A stretch of DNA of 64,000 bases from Bigelowiella natans CCMP2755 (GCA_000320545.1 ADNK01001328.1:26875-90874); one strand, 5' to 3'; positions 14,028-27,779 are shown, counted from the first letter of the stretch. Notes: a model not told the origin generated them from the letters alone. A program made the numbers and translations.

Positions 14028-15026
14028 ATGTCCTCGGAGGAGTGGCTTAAGGTAGGGTTGACCGAAAGCGACAGTGATTCTCAAATTATATGTAGTCAAG
14101 AGAGACCAGACGAGGCTGCTGGGTCCACCCCAACACCCCCTCCCTCGAATCTGAGGGTAATTCTGAGCAGTAGAAAGAACAAAAGATCCGGAAGCCTGAA
14201 TCTTAAGCCAGATCATGAAGTGAATATCGCTATCCTTGGTCCTTCGGGAGTTGGCAAGTCGGCCTTGCTAAATCGATGGATTGATGGCGATTTCAGCAAG
14301 AAGTGGGTGTCGACGAACGGCCTGCAAGGACGGGTTAAGATATTTTTCCTCAAGGTAATAACCAATTTCATAATGAACGGCTGTCAAAGAAGAAGCTATG
14401 ACTAAGTTCAGCGCATTGTTCATCATACGCAAACATTGTTACAGGGTTTCATAGTAAAAGCGAATGTGCTGGATGCCAGTGGTCAAAAGAGGCACAGAGC
14501 AATCGTAGAGGAACAGCTTAGCAATCAGCACGGGTGTATTATATGTTTCTCAGCGGCGAAAGAGAGTAGCAACAGCTTAGAGGAAGCAAAGGAATGGGTC
14601 GATAAAGTTCGTACTTCGAATCCGTCTTGTAATTTGGTACTAGTAGTCCGAAACATCCCCATTTTTTACACGGTTTCGTCACGCACAGCAACAATGTATT
14701 TTATTGCACTCAGGCGCTCATCGAATGTCAAACAGATAAATATCCAGCGAACTCTGAAATTACAGTTGAAGCCACAACATTTGCAGCAAAAAGGAAAATG
14801 GAATTCTATTCGACTAGTGCAGCAAAATCAGGGTTACTTCTTAAGCACTATTAGAATTTTTAAGAGAACGTCCCCTCCTACTTTGAGGTCAACTCTGTGT
14901 ATCTATGTATGATATACAGAGACGTGGTCGAAGAATCATTCACTAAATTTATAGAAAACATCTTGATCTCTAAACGAGGATCGAGCAACATCTTCACCAT
15001 TGCTGGGGAGCGGAAGGTTCATACAT

Positions 15027-15061
<35 letters not shown>

Positions 15062-17288
15062 TTAAGTCGTCGTCGTCGTCACAACCGCCACTATTGTCAG
15101 TAACACCATCATAACCATTACCACCCCGAGCCTGATCATCCGACGTGTCAGAGAAACTGCAATTAAGCAGTATTCATGTAAAAGAAAATCAATTTGTTTT
15201 CGTAGCAGGATAGTATGGTTAAGACGAAGCAGAAACATGAGGGGGAGGGGGAGGGGGATGGATCGAATAGCAGGTTCTCACCAGGACAGGTACAAAGCTA
15301 CCTATCTAGGAGAAGATCTTTCAAGCAGCACTACTGGCAGCAGGAAATACTGAACAATAATTGTTTTAAAGATAGTTGAATGTTTCCGCAAGAAGTATGG
15401 TGGCTGGGTGGACACAAAAGTGCTGGCAATCCGATCAGATGGTTCGTTAGATCTCGGAATTGGTGATAACGTGCATCCTTCAAGGTGCTACCTAATACTA
15501 CTATCACTACTACTGATAATATTAGTAGTAGTAGTTGTAGTTGTAGTAGTAGTAGTAGTAGATGCATATTGGGTATTATTCTATAGTCATGTATTTTGTC
15601 ATGGGTGAGGGTTGACGCGCTGGTAATCCCAGCAATGGACGAGGGGGAGGAAAAGACACACATAGATGATTCCTTGTGCTCTCACAACAGCACTCTGTCT
15701 GTACCACGGATAAATCACACTTTCGATGACGTTTTCCCAGCACCATTGAAATTCATCACCTATAAACGTTATGAACCTGTTGTAGCAACGTTGCACAGGC
15801 AGAAACAAAAAATGCAAAGACGATAATGGGTTGTTTCGGTGGTGTTGTGACTCACTCACTCACTCACTGTGCATTAGTGTCCGGATAATAGACATGGATG
15901 AGCGGTCACGAAGAGACGTCTGGGATGCAGGCACACCTGTTGAGGTATACTCCGATCGAGACCAGAAATGGATACCGACGGTCATCATAGGGACAGAGAA
16001 AACCGAGGTAATACGCACATACGCACAGAGTGCGAAGCTTATTTCAGTTTGTTGAAAAAGAAGAATATTAAGAAGGAGAAGAAGAAGAAGAAGAAGAAGA
16101 AGAAGAAGAAGAAGAAGAAGAAGACAACATTCATATTGAAAAGGTAGATTCTGACGACGATAATATCGTCCTCCTTGCCTCATTGGTTTCAGAATCTCAA
16201 TTGGCTAATCACAGAGCTGAAGCCAGTTCTCCGTTATGACACGGAGATGGTAAGAGCTGCCGATACTGTTGGTTCCAAAATGAAAAGCTCAAACTTAATC
16301 AGCAGTAGCAGCAGCAGCAGAATCAGTGCCAGCAGAGGTATCTTACATGGTATAAAAGAAGAAACAGAAGAAGAAGAAGAGCAAGAGGAACAGGTGCTCG
16401 AGCCACAAGCACGTTCTTGTTCAATCGGAAAACAGGGCGCGACACCACGAAGGGAAAGCAAGACAACGATGGAGGAAGAGCACTCTATTGCGGCTCATAG
16501 AACTTCTAAACAACAGGTGAGAACGCGTGCAGGGGTACCAACAACATCCAACAGCCAAGGCAAACAGGTAGAAAAAATGTTGTTATATATGTGATTATAT
16601 GTGTGTGCTTCAAGGGACTAACCACAGACATCATCCCTGTATCGTGAAGGAGTTAAAGACGGAGTTCGCCATCTCCGAGCAGGTTCTGTATCATTCCACC
16701 AGCGCTCAGACTTGGATCCATGCGACAGTAGAATCCTGCAATAGAGATGGAACAGTCAATCTAGATATAAAGCCGAATGCTGCCGCTTCGAAAATAATGC
16801 GGTATCCAGACGAGGAGAAAATAGATCTCGGCGAATTGCAAGCCTTGAAGGTTCAATTTTCAACAAAGTAAACCATATTTTTCTCAAATAACTCCACAAT
16901 TTTTTGTTTAGAGAGATTTAGGTCGCTTAAACAAAGAGCTTTTAGAAACCCAATCGGAGCACAAAGCCTTGTTGATTCATGCGGAAGAAACTAAAAAGGA
17001 TTTGACAAGGTAGTAAGCTTACAATCATTATCTGAAGCATGGTAAAATTTTCCACATTCTGTTTTCAAAGTCGCATGAAAACCCTTGAAAACGAGCTGCG
17101 GTTGGCAAGGCAGAAGGTAAATCGAAATATAATAATTGCTTTACAGGTGTTAAATTCTCATGCAAAAATGTTGTACCTATCACGCTTCCAACCACCGAGA
17201 ACATAATGTACATATATTCGTATGCTACGCACATAAACAGAATAGCCAGCTAAAGATACAGAACCGGAGGCTAAAGTTTCGATTATAG
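14028..17288 (+). CDS. Ras/Rab-like small GTPase domain fused to Agenet/Tudor-like repeats and C-terminal coiled coil
   Basis: G1 GPSGVGKS, G3 DASGQ, G5 STSA. Then three beta-rich repeats (WVDTKVLAIRSDGSLDL; GTPVEVYSDRDQKWIPTVI; QVLYHSTSAQTWIHATVESCNRDGTVNLD) and heptad-rich final exons. Upstream exons at ~13590-13980 are possible. Confidence 0.6.
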
Positions 17289-18362
17289 CACAGTTAGTGA
17301 GGTGATATTGGAAGGCGAGCCATGACCATATTCTCTTTGTGCAAGCGATGATTATGCCAAAAAATTACAGGTAATAAAGTTATTTGCCTCATGCGGGGCA
17401 ATACATACAGCAGTAGCTGCATCGACTACTTGATATGCGATGCATGGTGCATATAAGCCTGCATGCAAAACATTACGGAACGCATTGCTATGTATACATA
17501 TATATGTACACATAAAATATTCAGGGCATCAACGCCACCCCCTGGCTAGCTGGGCATTGACCGCGCAGTCAATGCCCTGCGGGAAATGACTTCATTCAAG
17601 TACAAGTTCCCACCGTCTACGTTTGTGCGGTTGGATTGGTGCCTGTTGTCCTTCCCCGGGAAAAGTGTGAAGCCATGACGCGCTCACGCTTGCATGCAGG
17701 CGAAATGATGTGATGTGTCCAAATTCTGAGCTGCGTGATCTAGCTAGCTAGTGATGATGCGCTGATCACATGTGTGCAGATCTAGCGATGTCCCAACAGA
17801 TGCCCCATCATAGCACATGAAATGAGAGACAAAGAGGAGCCACCCCTGCTAGCCTGGCTCATCTTTCGATTCTAGCTTTCTAGCTTTGCTTAGACAACCG
17901 TTGACGCGACAGCTTGAATTCGCAAACTACCATTAGATCATAATGACTAGATGAAGCAATGTCTTGCACGCACATCACATGCGTTGCCTCTTGCACGCTA
18001 GCACGCGTCGTCTTCATCATTCACATCAGGCAGCTCTCTAAAATGTAGCATCGCTCGCTTGGCTGCGCATCTCGCTCTGCAAGCACCCACACTAGCGCAC
18101 CGTTTCATTCAAATTGTCCTCTTCATCATGACACAAAGATAACCAACGAAACAACGTAACGATAAATGTGTGGACGCGCTCTCTAGCTAGCTAGGGTGAT
18201 GTCAATTGGCGGGAAAATGTGTTAATAAATGTTGCCGTTATAGACCTACGCTTTGTTGGCTGGATAAATTCGTTAACAAAACGTTTAATAAATTAAAACG
18301 TAAAGCGCTAAATTTTTCATTCTGATGGTGTCGGGACACAATATTCGCATTAGGTATTGAAT

Positions 18363-20068
18363 TCAACGTGCCATTTCGTTCCGAATGTAGTCGCAAAGAC
18401 GTACTCGAGGTCGGATGGGCAAAATTTCCATTAATTCTTCCTCATCCATACTCAATAGCTCTTCCAGCCTTATATTCTTGCGGATGATCTAATGCCACAA
18501 CGCAGTAATAAGATTGGGAAGTTGATGGCATCTTTAGTATTATTTCACCTTATCTGCGTAATGAAGAGCTATCCCGAGCTTATTGAAGAGCTGGTATATT
18601 GTATATTCTTGTTACAAAATTATGGTAATAAAGCAAACTACTAGTTCTTTATATGAACATAGATGTCATAACCAGCTTACTGGTGACCTTTCTGATCTCG
18701 TGCTTCATATTTACAGGGCGTTTACTTGGACGGGTATCTTGCTTTAGAGCTCGCTTCTTCCCTACACTACTAGAACCCTGACTGCTATCCGACGGCTGCA
18801 CTTCGTACCTCGTTAGTGTCAAGTCTATCACGTCGTAGTCATCGTCATCCTCAAACAAACCATCTTCATGTTCGTTTTCTCTTTCCTTCTTCGGTTCATT
18901 ATTGTCCTCCTCAAAATCATCATCATCATCGACAAATTTTAGCTCATCGGGAGATGTTGACGTGGACGCCTTTTCACTCGATGAATCATTCTCTCCAGAT
19001 TCTTTCTCCTCCTTCTTGGCCTCATTTTGCATCTGCTCTTTCGCAACCTTTTTTGCCACCTACAACTCAAAAGTCAATCATTGCTATCCGTCCTTTTTTT
19101 CATAAGAAGTACTACTTTCATCTGCTTGGCGTTTGGCCTGTAGCCGCAAACGGTGCAACGTTTGTGGGTTCGATTGTTTCGAAACGTGCAAAGCGGGCAA
19201 CTCCATGGAACCACACCCTTTCTTGCCTGGCAAATATGTCAAGAAGTCAGGGTATGTAATCTACTGTGCGCTGTCACTGCTGTTGAATGATTTACAATAC
19301 CTTCATTGATTTTTTCCGATTGTCTTCTGCTTTTTGCGCTGTTTTCACATAAGGGTGATCCTCCGAGATAATCTGTTATATATAGGCATAAAGAAATAGT
19401 CAATAGGAAGATTTATGATCGATGTAGTTTTAATCTCACGAACCTTCCTTTTCGTCATCTTCTTCACGAAATCGATCATATCGATTCTAACACTATCGGT
19501 CACACAACGGCAAAACTTCGCTCCACATCCTTCAGGCACCCAACTGCAATATGATATAAGAATCGTTGTCAATAATGATTACTAACCAAATCCATATTTT
19601 GATTCATGCCTGAGAAGTGCAAAATTGACGGACTCGGCACAATTAAATCCATAGTTGAATCCTAAGTTGTTTGACACAAGCTTTTGAAAAAAAGAGTGAC
19701 AATGCTGAATTTATTGCACACCTGCGTGAAAGGACTTGGGGAAAGTGATCATGAACTCGCCCTCATGTTGTACTGCTCGATAAACCTTATTTTATTATTG
19801 GGCTTAGTGAAATAGAAGCTCTTTATAAGACAAGGGGGTTACAAATGCTTGTTGTTTCATACCGGTATCCCGGCACTTTCGAGGAGTTTAGGGCTCACTA
19901 CACATTTCTTGTGTCTCAAAAATTCCGCACACTGTCTCGCCTGATGCGGATAAAGCCCTTTGAGGACTCGCTCCGTCTGCTCGAAGTGGCTCCCTGGGAT
20001 CCCATACCTTATACCAAACACAGAAAGAAAATATTATGAGTTCACCCTGAATACAAAAGATGAACTAC

Positions 20069-20124
<56 letters not shown>

Positions 20125-21366
20125 GAGAGAGAATTACCATTGTTTCGGCTTCCCAAAATGAAGGTAATTTATGGAAAATAAATTCATGTCCTGAAACAGA
20201 TTTCCATAAAATAAGTTAGTTGGGAGAACGACGACCTCATAACCATACTATTCACAAGAATTTGATTAAATACCTCTACATGCCAAGAAAATGTAGATTG
20301 CCACATACCGAAATATAGCATCGGTAGGGTGACCTGAGATGGAGAGACACCAATTATACATGATGGACAACTTGCACTGGGTTATGAAAAAATGTCGACT
20401 AGCACAGTACCCCGGGTAAATCGTTCCGGATGAGATTCAGGATAGTTCCAAGCTGAATATTTTTGAAATTGGGGATTAGAAGAGGGAAAGTGGGTATCTA
20501 AAAATGTTGCGAAGGCTTACGTCGTTGCAGTTCCATGATTCCTGGTCCTTGTCGAAAAGGCTCCTATTTTTTCCGGTACACACAGACCTCAGGAAGTAAA
20601 TCAATTTAAGCGTTAAATTAGTACCCTGGGCTATCTGCGCCATAGAGCGGGGGACTGCGATGTGAAATATTACTCCAGTATGCCTGCATATCGTCGAATA
20701 GGTTATCATTGAGAATGAGTTGGAAACGAAACCGAGACAATTAAGTTTGGACCCTTTCCAGTTGTTTGAAATCGCGGTCCTGGAAGTATTTTCGTTCTCT
20801 TCTTGAGCAAGAATTCAACCTCTTATCGCATTCATTGGAGAATCCATGAACAGTCATGTAATCTGTCTCCATTATAGAGATTACCTGCAAAACCCAACGT
20901 ATTCACAACATAGTTCCCACTTCGTGAAAATCTTAACTAACCTCATAGACACCACGACTCCCATTTACGTGTTGCCGGACGGGACTGTGAATAATTGCAG
21001 GATCTTCCAACTTTGTGCTACTTCGTGTCTAAGTTTTGCAATTACATTGCTGAAGTGTGGCACCATCGCAAACGAAGTTACGAATATTGTCGACCTACTA
21101 CCTTATTCTCGTTGCGTGATTTCCCGACGTATCCCAGCCTGTCAAAGTGATATCCAGCAGCTCGGGGAATGAATTCTTTCGGAGGAATGATTTTCACAAG
21201 GCCGAACTTCTTCCCTTCGTCCTCGATGCTCTCCACATACTTACTGAAGTTCTGTAAACAAGCGTGTGACGAACTCGGAATATTATGTATTCACAAAATA
21301 GACCTTGAATTCCTCCCACGTAGGCCGAAATACCGGAATAGAGCACAAAGGATCTTCCTTGGTCAT
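18363..21366 (-). CDS. KDM4: KDM4/JMJD2-type JmjN-JmjC histone lysine demethylase with C-terminal SAM-like domain
   Basis: JmjN MTKEDPLCSIPVFRPTWEEFK|NFSKYVESI...GLVKIIPPKEF; JmjC YWSNI..PPLYGADSPG, PMLYFGMWQSTFSWHVE|DMNLFSINYLHFGKPKQW, VQHEGEFMITFPKSFHA|GFNYGFNCAESVNFA, CRCVTDSVRIDM; an acidic linker; SAM-like terminal exons. Confidence 0.9.
20070..20121. repeat. Intronic (GA)n microsatellite in KDM4 gene
   Basis: Direct reading. Confidence 0.95.
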
Positions 21367-21750
21367 ATTTGATCGGATTCCCAGCGAGCTGTGGCGAGTT
21401 ATCGAGCGAAATGTTTTGGAGTAATGGCGGGCTGTGTTGAAAGATGGTACGTTTGCTTAGAATGCAGATGTGCATGTAGTTTGTACTTAATTCAGATCAA
21501 ATTGAGAGAAAAAAAATCAATACCCACACGCAAAATCACGCGCACTTTTCGCATAATTCAAGCAGGAAGCATCTACATGTCAAATTACGGCCGCAGTCTC
21601 CGACCTCGGGTTTGGTGACTGATCTTGAGAATTTGATTTAATCTTATGAAGTCGCACATATGAAATGTCCTGTGTTTAATGTCAGACAGAGTAGTACAGA
21701 ACAGAACCCCACCTACCTCGTGGAAAAGCACTGGACTGTGAGAATTGACA

Positions 21751-22194
21751 ATGTCCTTCTCGCGACGGGGGGTGGAAATCGAACCCATTGAGGTGATTTT
21801 CTTCGTTTGCGTGAATTCGCACAAATTATATTTAACCTGGATTTAACAACGTTCAGGAGCCTACGTTTCAGAAGTACGAACGGGCGTTTACTACCGTTCT
21901 AAATCGGTTGAAAGCGAAGATAAGCTCTCTTCGCCGAGCGAGAGATAATGGTATGTGCATTTTCTTCACAGCTTCAGGAAGCTCATCGATTTCTCCGCCG
22001 ATGTTGCAGACATACAGTATCGACTCCTTCAGGAAGGATTAGAAGATGTGAAGAATGCAAAGGAATATGTAAGCCTCGATTAGTATTTGCCCTTTGTTAA
22101 TCATACCATAACTTCAATGCTACACAGCTAAATACATTGGATAGAGAGATGGCAAGCTGGCATTATCATCAAAAGGTCTATTTAGAGCACAACA

Positions 22195-22238
<44 letters not shown>

Positions 22239-22842
22239 ATACCCATCTGAGAAAAGTCTCCTCATTAGGCAAATTTAGAATCGAGGGCACGCATTAGATT
22301 ACGATCTCTAAGGAAAAATCTATCTCAACACCAAGAAGTGTTGAAAAGCTACGCACGTAATTTAGACCCAGATTCCAGCGTTGTCGCGCCGGTGATAACT
22401 GAAGCATAGAAAAATTGGGAAATGTCTCATTTTGTTTTTAATGGACAGGAGGATCGAGATTCAAGACGACGTTTAAATGAGATGTCGGCTATCCAGATGG
22501 ATAACAGATCAAGCATGGAACGAACCATTCGAGAAATTGATGATATGCATTCAAAAGGAACTGAAACGATGGAGATTTTGGGTGGGAATACAGAAGCACT
22601 AGTGCGGGCAAAATCCAATGTACTTTTTTTTAATTATGAATGGTATGTCTTTGTTCATATTCCAATATTTATTTCAGATTGAATTTACGAGCAACATTAA
22701 CAGCCAGGCAAGAAACGTAGTAAATCGACTCGCCTACCGTGTTTGGACAGACAAATGCTTGCAATATTCGATTATTGGCGTAGAAATCATAATCATAATT
22801 GTGATATTATGCTTTAAGTTCACGAATGTTGAACGACACTGA
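21751..22842 (+). CDS. Qb-SNARE (Vti1-like) vesicle transport protein
   Basis: N-terminal helical exon EPTFQKYERAFTTVLNRLKAKI; SNARE motif SMERTIREIDDMHSKGTETMEILGGNTEALVRAK; C-terminal TM YSIIGVEIIIIIVILCFKF. Confidence 0.7.
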
Positions 22843-23766
22843 TAGATTCACACTGATAGCTTCAAGCCAGCAATTATTATAAGGATATATTTTACAATGT
22901 ATTAATCCGTCAAGATTGCCTCAAATTGTGACCACTTAGCTTATCCAGTTATATTACTGCACCAGGAATATTCATGTGCGGTGCATGCATGCAGCAAGCA
23001 TCATTAGTTGAATAAAATCCCGAGCGAGCGAGCTACGTTTAGTGCGGATCACTAAATGAAGCAAGCAACAGTAATGTAATGATTTGCAAATGTTGTCTTC
23101 ATGCACACACATGCATGCATTGCGTAGCGCTTGCTAGTATAACGTCTCGCATGGATGCGGCAGGTTTTTCAGCTGCCCACAGCATTGTTGTGCTGTTCAT
23201 GTGTTGTAGCTAGTAGTGCCCTGGCGCTAGGCGGCTAATAACACAATATCAGTGATGCAGTGCGCATGTAGTCTGGCTACACGTCGTACGTACTGCTCCG
23301 TTGTTGTTGCATCATTCATTGTGCATAATTCCTTGCTAGCTTGCTGCTAGCTCTAGAGTTGGCTAGCAGCTGCAATCCTCATGGCACTGAGTTGTAGCAA
23401 TGCTAGTCATGCATTCACAAAATGGCAGATGATGCGCAGGCATCGTACTTTTAGGTCACGTCGATGAGACGACGATGCCGAAAAACATGGTGTGGATTTA
23501 CCCAACAACCAAGCATCACAAAGTGTCATGGCCGTGCTATCTTCGCAGCCTGCGGGACTCAACTAGTCAAAGCCATGTGAGCAAGTGCAAAGCATGCCGG
23601 CCGGTGTCGGAAATCTATCCATTTAAGCAGCCCCTGCGCTGCTTAAGTTTCCTGTTGACTTGCGTTTGTTTGTTTTTTGAGAAGCCAGGTATGGACTATT
23701 TTTTAGCTTGCCTCCCGCCCGTTTTGCCAATCCTGATTTTGAAAGCAAAGGAGGAAATTGTCGTCA

Positions 23767-26700
23767 TTAGACTGGCTCTTGAATGTAGTGTTCACTACAT
23801 CCTTCCGAACCTGAATTCCGGTCCCCAGCTGCTACAGTCGACTTTCTAATTTTATTTGCATTCCCCTTAGGTGTTTCAGTTTTCTTAGTGCTTGAGAACC
23901 TAAATTTCAAATATGAGCAAAAGGAAGCGAAACATGTGTGTTCGTCATACCTCTTTGTTTTCTTTTTTCGATCAATTGAAGGAAATGATGAACTTCGTGA
24001 CGCTCTCGAATGAGACGCTATTGTTCTCATTGAACTTTTTTTCTCTTTCATACCATTTTTCTTCACATTTCTACTTTAAATAAAAGGAGGAACACTTAAA
24101 ATAACCACACACGCTACATTATGTGGATCGGTTTTCTGACTTTCTTTTCGGTATCTTCAGGCTTTTCCTCCGATGTTTGGCAGTTTTGGGGCTCTTCATA
24201 TTCTCGCGACCTAAAAATTATACCCCAAACTTCTCAACATTTTGCATCCAAAATTTAAACTACATATCCGTGTTCTTACTTCTTCCAAGAAGCTCTGATA
24301 TTTTCCTTTCCAGCACTTTCTTGGCCTCCCTTAACTGATATACTTCTGCTTCCGCCCTACTTCGGGCTTCCTTCTCGCGCTTCAGAGCGTTTTTCTCAAT
24401 ACATAGCTGCCTCTGCACTTCCAAACGATTTTTCTTCTCATTCGCAACTTGTTGCATACAATCTTTTTTGATGTCTCTAGCTTCCCTCACCACGTTCTTG
24501 TACCTCTCCTGTTCGATAATTCGTTCATTTGTAGTTAGAGCGATTGATGCTGGAAAACTCATTTATAGATGAGAAAACCTGCATATCTTTCACGCTTGAA
24601 GTCTGTGCCTGTGACCTTCTCTGTCGTGGACGCTTTCTGCCGAAAAATAAAGTATAATTTTTTCAACAATAAGAACATATTGTGATCAACAACTCCAAAT
24701 CTCACTTAGGCACTGAAGATTTCTTGTAGGCTCTACTAAGATCGGCCTTCAATTCCTTTATCCTTTTTTCCTTTTAGTAAATCGGTTCGTGTTAGTCATG
24801 ACCGAGAACAGGTTCTAAATTCTAATTACTTCTTTTCGCTTCTGCTTTGGAGATCTCTTCTGATGTTTCGGAGGGAAATATGGGTTTTCTGCACGAACAG
24901 AATTCCTCCTTGACTTTCTCATGCTCCCTCGCCTTTTTGAAACTGAATTGAATAGCAAGACTATTTTTAGGCTTTAACTTTTACAAAAAAAGAAACTCAT
25001 ACCTTTGGTGTTTACTACGGTGTTTCGCTTGATCTTTCGTCTATCAGTCTGAGTCTTTATCCGTGCGATTTCTTTCTCTATCTTTCTTCTATACTCGCTA
25101 GGCTTTGGGCTATAAATTCCATTTTTAGACTTGGGCATTTGCTTTTTTTGCTCAGATTTTATAGAATTTTTAATGGCTCGCTCCAAACTCTCTTGTTTTG
25201 TTTTGGTTGGGGCAGAAAAATCTGTTGCTTCGTCTACAACAGGGCTGCAGTCGTACTCGTCATCATCCGCAGAATCGTCGTATGTATCACCCTTCACTTC
25301 TTCCTCTTCCCCAATATCCTGTTGACCGGACTTTACCCGTGTCTTTTGATCTGTGACCTTGCCCTTTTCTGTATCAGCTTTAGCAGCCTTACTTTTTCCA
25401 AACACACTGTTATTACCATCGAAATCGTCGCTATTACTTATCTTCATCCCTTTTTGTTCTTTCTTCACGCCTGTGGAATCCCCGCCTTCATCAAAATTAC
25501 TTGCTTGCGTAGTCACCTTTTGTTTTCCGCTCTCTTCCAATCTTGCAGCGTTATGACCCCCCTCTTCATCATCGTCACCGTAGTCATCGAAGTCATCATC
25601 GTCATCACCTTCAGCCTCGCCACTCTTCTTCTCTTCTGGCTTCTTCGTCTCTTCTTCCTTCTTTTTCTCCTCCTTCTCATCTTCGTCGCCATAGTCATCG
25701 AAGTCATCATCGTCATCACCTGCTACATGATTTTTCTTCTCTTCTTCTTTCTTCGCCCCTGCCTCCTCCTCCTCATCATCACCGTAATCATCGAGGTCGT
25801 CATCGTCATCACCTGCAGTATGATCACTTTTCTTCTCTTCTTGCTTCTTCGTCTCTTCTTCTTTTTTCTTTTCCTCCTCCTCTTCGTCATCGCCGTAATC
25901 ATCGAAGTCATCATTGCCATCTGCTACAGCCTCTTCACTTTTCTTCTCTTCTTTCTTTTCCTCCCCCTCCTCTCCGTCAGCATCAAAAGCATCGAACTCA
26001 CCATCGCCACCTGCAGCTTCATCACTCTTCTTCTCTTCTTGCTTCTTGGCTTCTTCTTCTTCTTTTTCCTTCTTCTTCTTCTCCTCCTCCTCTTCATCTT
26101 CGCCAAAAGCATCGAAGTCATCATCGTCGTTATCCACAGCTTCATCACTCTTCTTCTCTTCTTGCTTCTTGTTCTCTTCTTCTTTTTTCTTTTCCTCTCC
26201 CTCTCCATCTTCGCCAAAAGCATCGAAGTCATCATCGGCATCAGCTGCAGCTTCATCACTCTTCTTCTCTTCTACTTTCTTCTCCTCCTCCTCTTCATCT
26301 TCGCCAAAAGCATCGAAGTCATCATCGTCGTTATCCACAGCTTCATCACTCTTCTTCTCTTCTTGCTTCTTGTTCTCTTCTTCTTTTTTCTTTTCCTCTC
26401 CCTCTCCATCTTCGCCAAAAGCATCGAAGTCATCATCGGCATCAGCTGCAGCTTCATCACTCTTCTTCTCTTCTACTTTCTTCTCCTCCTCCTCTTCATC
26501 TTCGCCAAAAGCATCGAAGTCATCATCGTCGTTATCCACAGCTTCATCACTCTTCTTCTCTTCTTGCTTCTTGTTCTCTTCTTCTTTTTTCTTTTCCTCT
26601 CCCTCTCCATCTTCGCCAAAAGCATCGAAGTCATCATCGGCATCAGCTGCAGCTTCATCACTCTTCTTCTCTTCTACTTTCTTCTCCTCCTCCTCTTCAT

Positions 26701-27325
26701 CTTCGCCAAAAGCATCGAAGTCATCATCGTCGTTATCCGCAGCTTCATCACTCTTCTTCTCTTCTTGCTTCTTAGACTCTTCCTTACCGTTCTCCATTTC
26801 TCCTTCATCGCCATCCTCATCGTTAAAGGCGTTGGTTTTACTGCCGATCTCTTCATTGGCTTTATTTTCTCTATCCTCCTTTTTCTCACCAGCTTCCTGG
26901 TCCAACGAGTCATCTATGTCCAACATTTCCTTCAATTTCCGTCCAGGAGAAGACTTTGATTTAGGATCTTTCATAAACGTGGACAATCAAAAATTGTCAT
27001 TGATTTGATCGTGTGATCTACTTGGCATGTGAATATTGCGAGGTCGTAGACATATTAACTTAAAATGGTTAAACATACTTTCTTCATGTTCTTTCTCATC
27101 ATCATCATCATTCTTTTCACTCTCCAAGGCTCTTTCTCCTTTCAGTTCCGTTCGATCATTCTCGTTTCCCTCTTCTCCAGCTCCCTGAACTGGATCACTT
27201 TCTCCATGCACCTCGTCCTTCAGCTTATCTTTACCTAGGAAGATCCAGATTCAGACTTAGATGTAAATAGCACCCTCCACCCCCCTCACCTCTATTGTTC
27301 AATCACCAACAAACACATACTCTCT

Positions 27326-27415
<90 letters not shown>

Positions 27416-27779
27416 TACGCACAACCACTTATGAATGATGCGTATCTATCTTTGTTAAATACATATATTTCTCAGATCTCACTTTCATCATCACCACTGC
27501 CCGCTTCATTCGCCGTCTCTGAGGGTTCTACTTTCTTTTCCATCGCGGCATTATTATCTAGACGAATAAAGATTGCACGAAGTAAGATTTATTTCAGAAT
27601 CAAAAGACTTGGAAGAAACAAACAAACTGGAGTCACGGCGATCACGAGGTTTTCTTTTCGGCCAATTTAGTTGCATATTTCTCAATGTAAGGGAACAGAT
27701 GATTCAAACCTCCTCCAGAAATGTCGTCATCCTCAAGACCAAGATCTAAATCGTCATCAAGATCGAAATCGTCGTCCAT
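23767..27779 (-). CDS. Large acidic low-complexity repeat protein with C-terminal coiled coil, function unknown
   Basis: First exon MDDDFDLDDDLDLGLEDDD at 27779; 2-kb exon 24974-26986 of E/K/D repeats; coiled-coil exon 24260-24562; last exon ends at ~23767. Confidence 0.7.
26085..26770. repeat. Coding tandem repeat, 201-bp unit, ~3.4 near-identical copies
   Basis: Identical shadow ORFs are offset by 201 nt (26272 vs 26473). The unit encodes two DDDFDAFGED sub-repeats, and degenerate copies continue to ~25560. Confidence 0.9.
27327..27413. repeat. Compound (CT)n(AT)n microsatellite, intronic
   Basis: Direct reading. Confidence 0.95.

Noticed and set aside
21585-21824. Minus-strand ORF as first exon of KDM4
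   Set aside because: JmjN begins directly at ATG 21366; this ORF overlaps the SNARE first exon on the opposite strand.
25139-27008. Long + strand ORFs (606, 410 and 364 aa)
   Set aside because: Antisense shadows of the GAA/GAT/AAG-rich coding repeat on the minus strand; low-complexity F/L/S/H composition.
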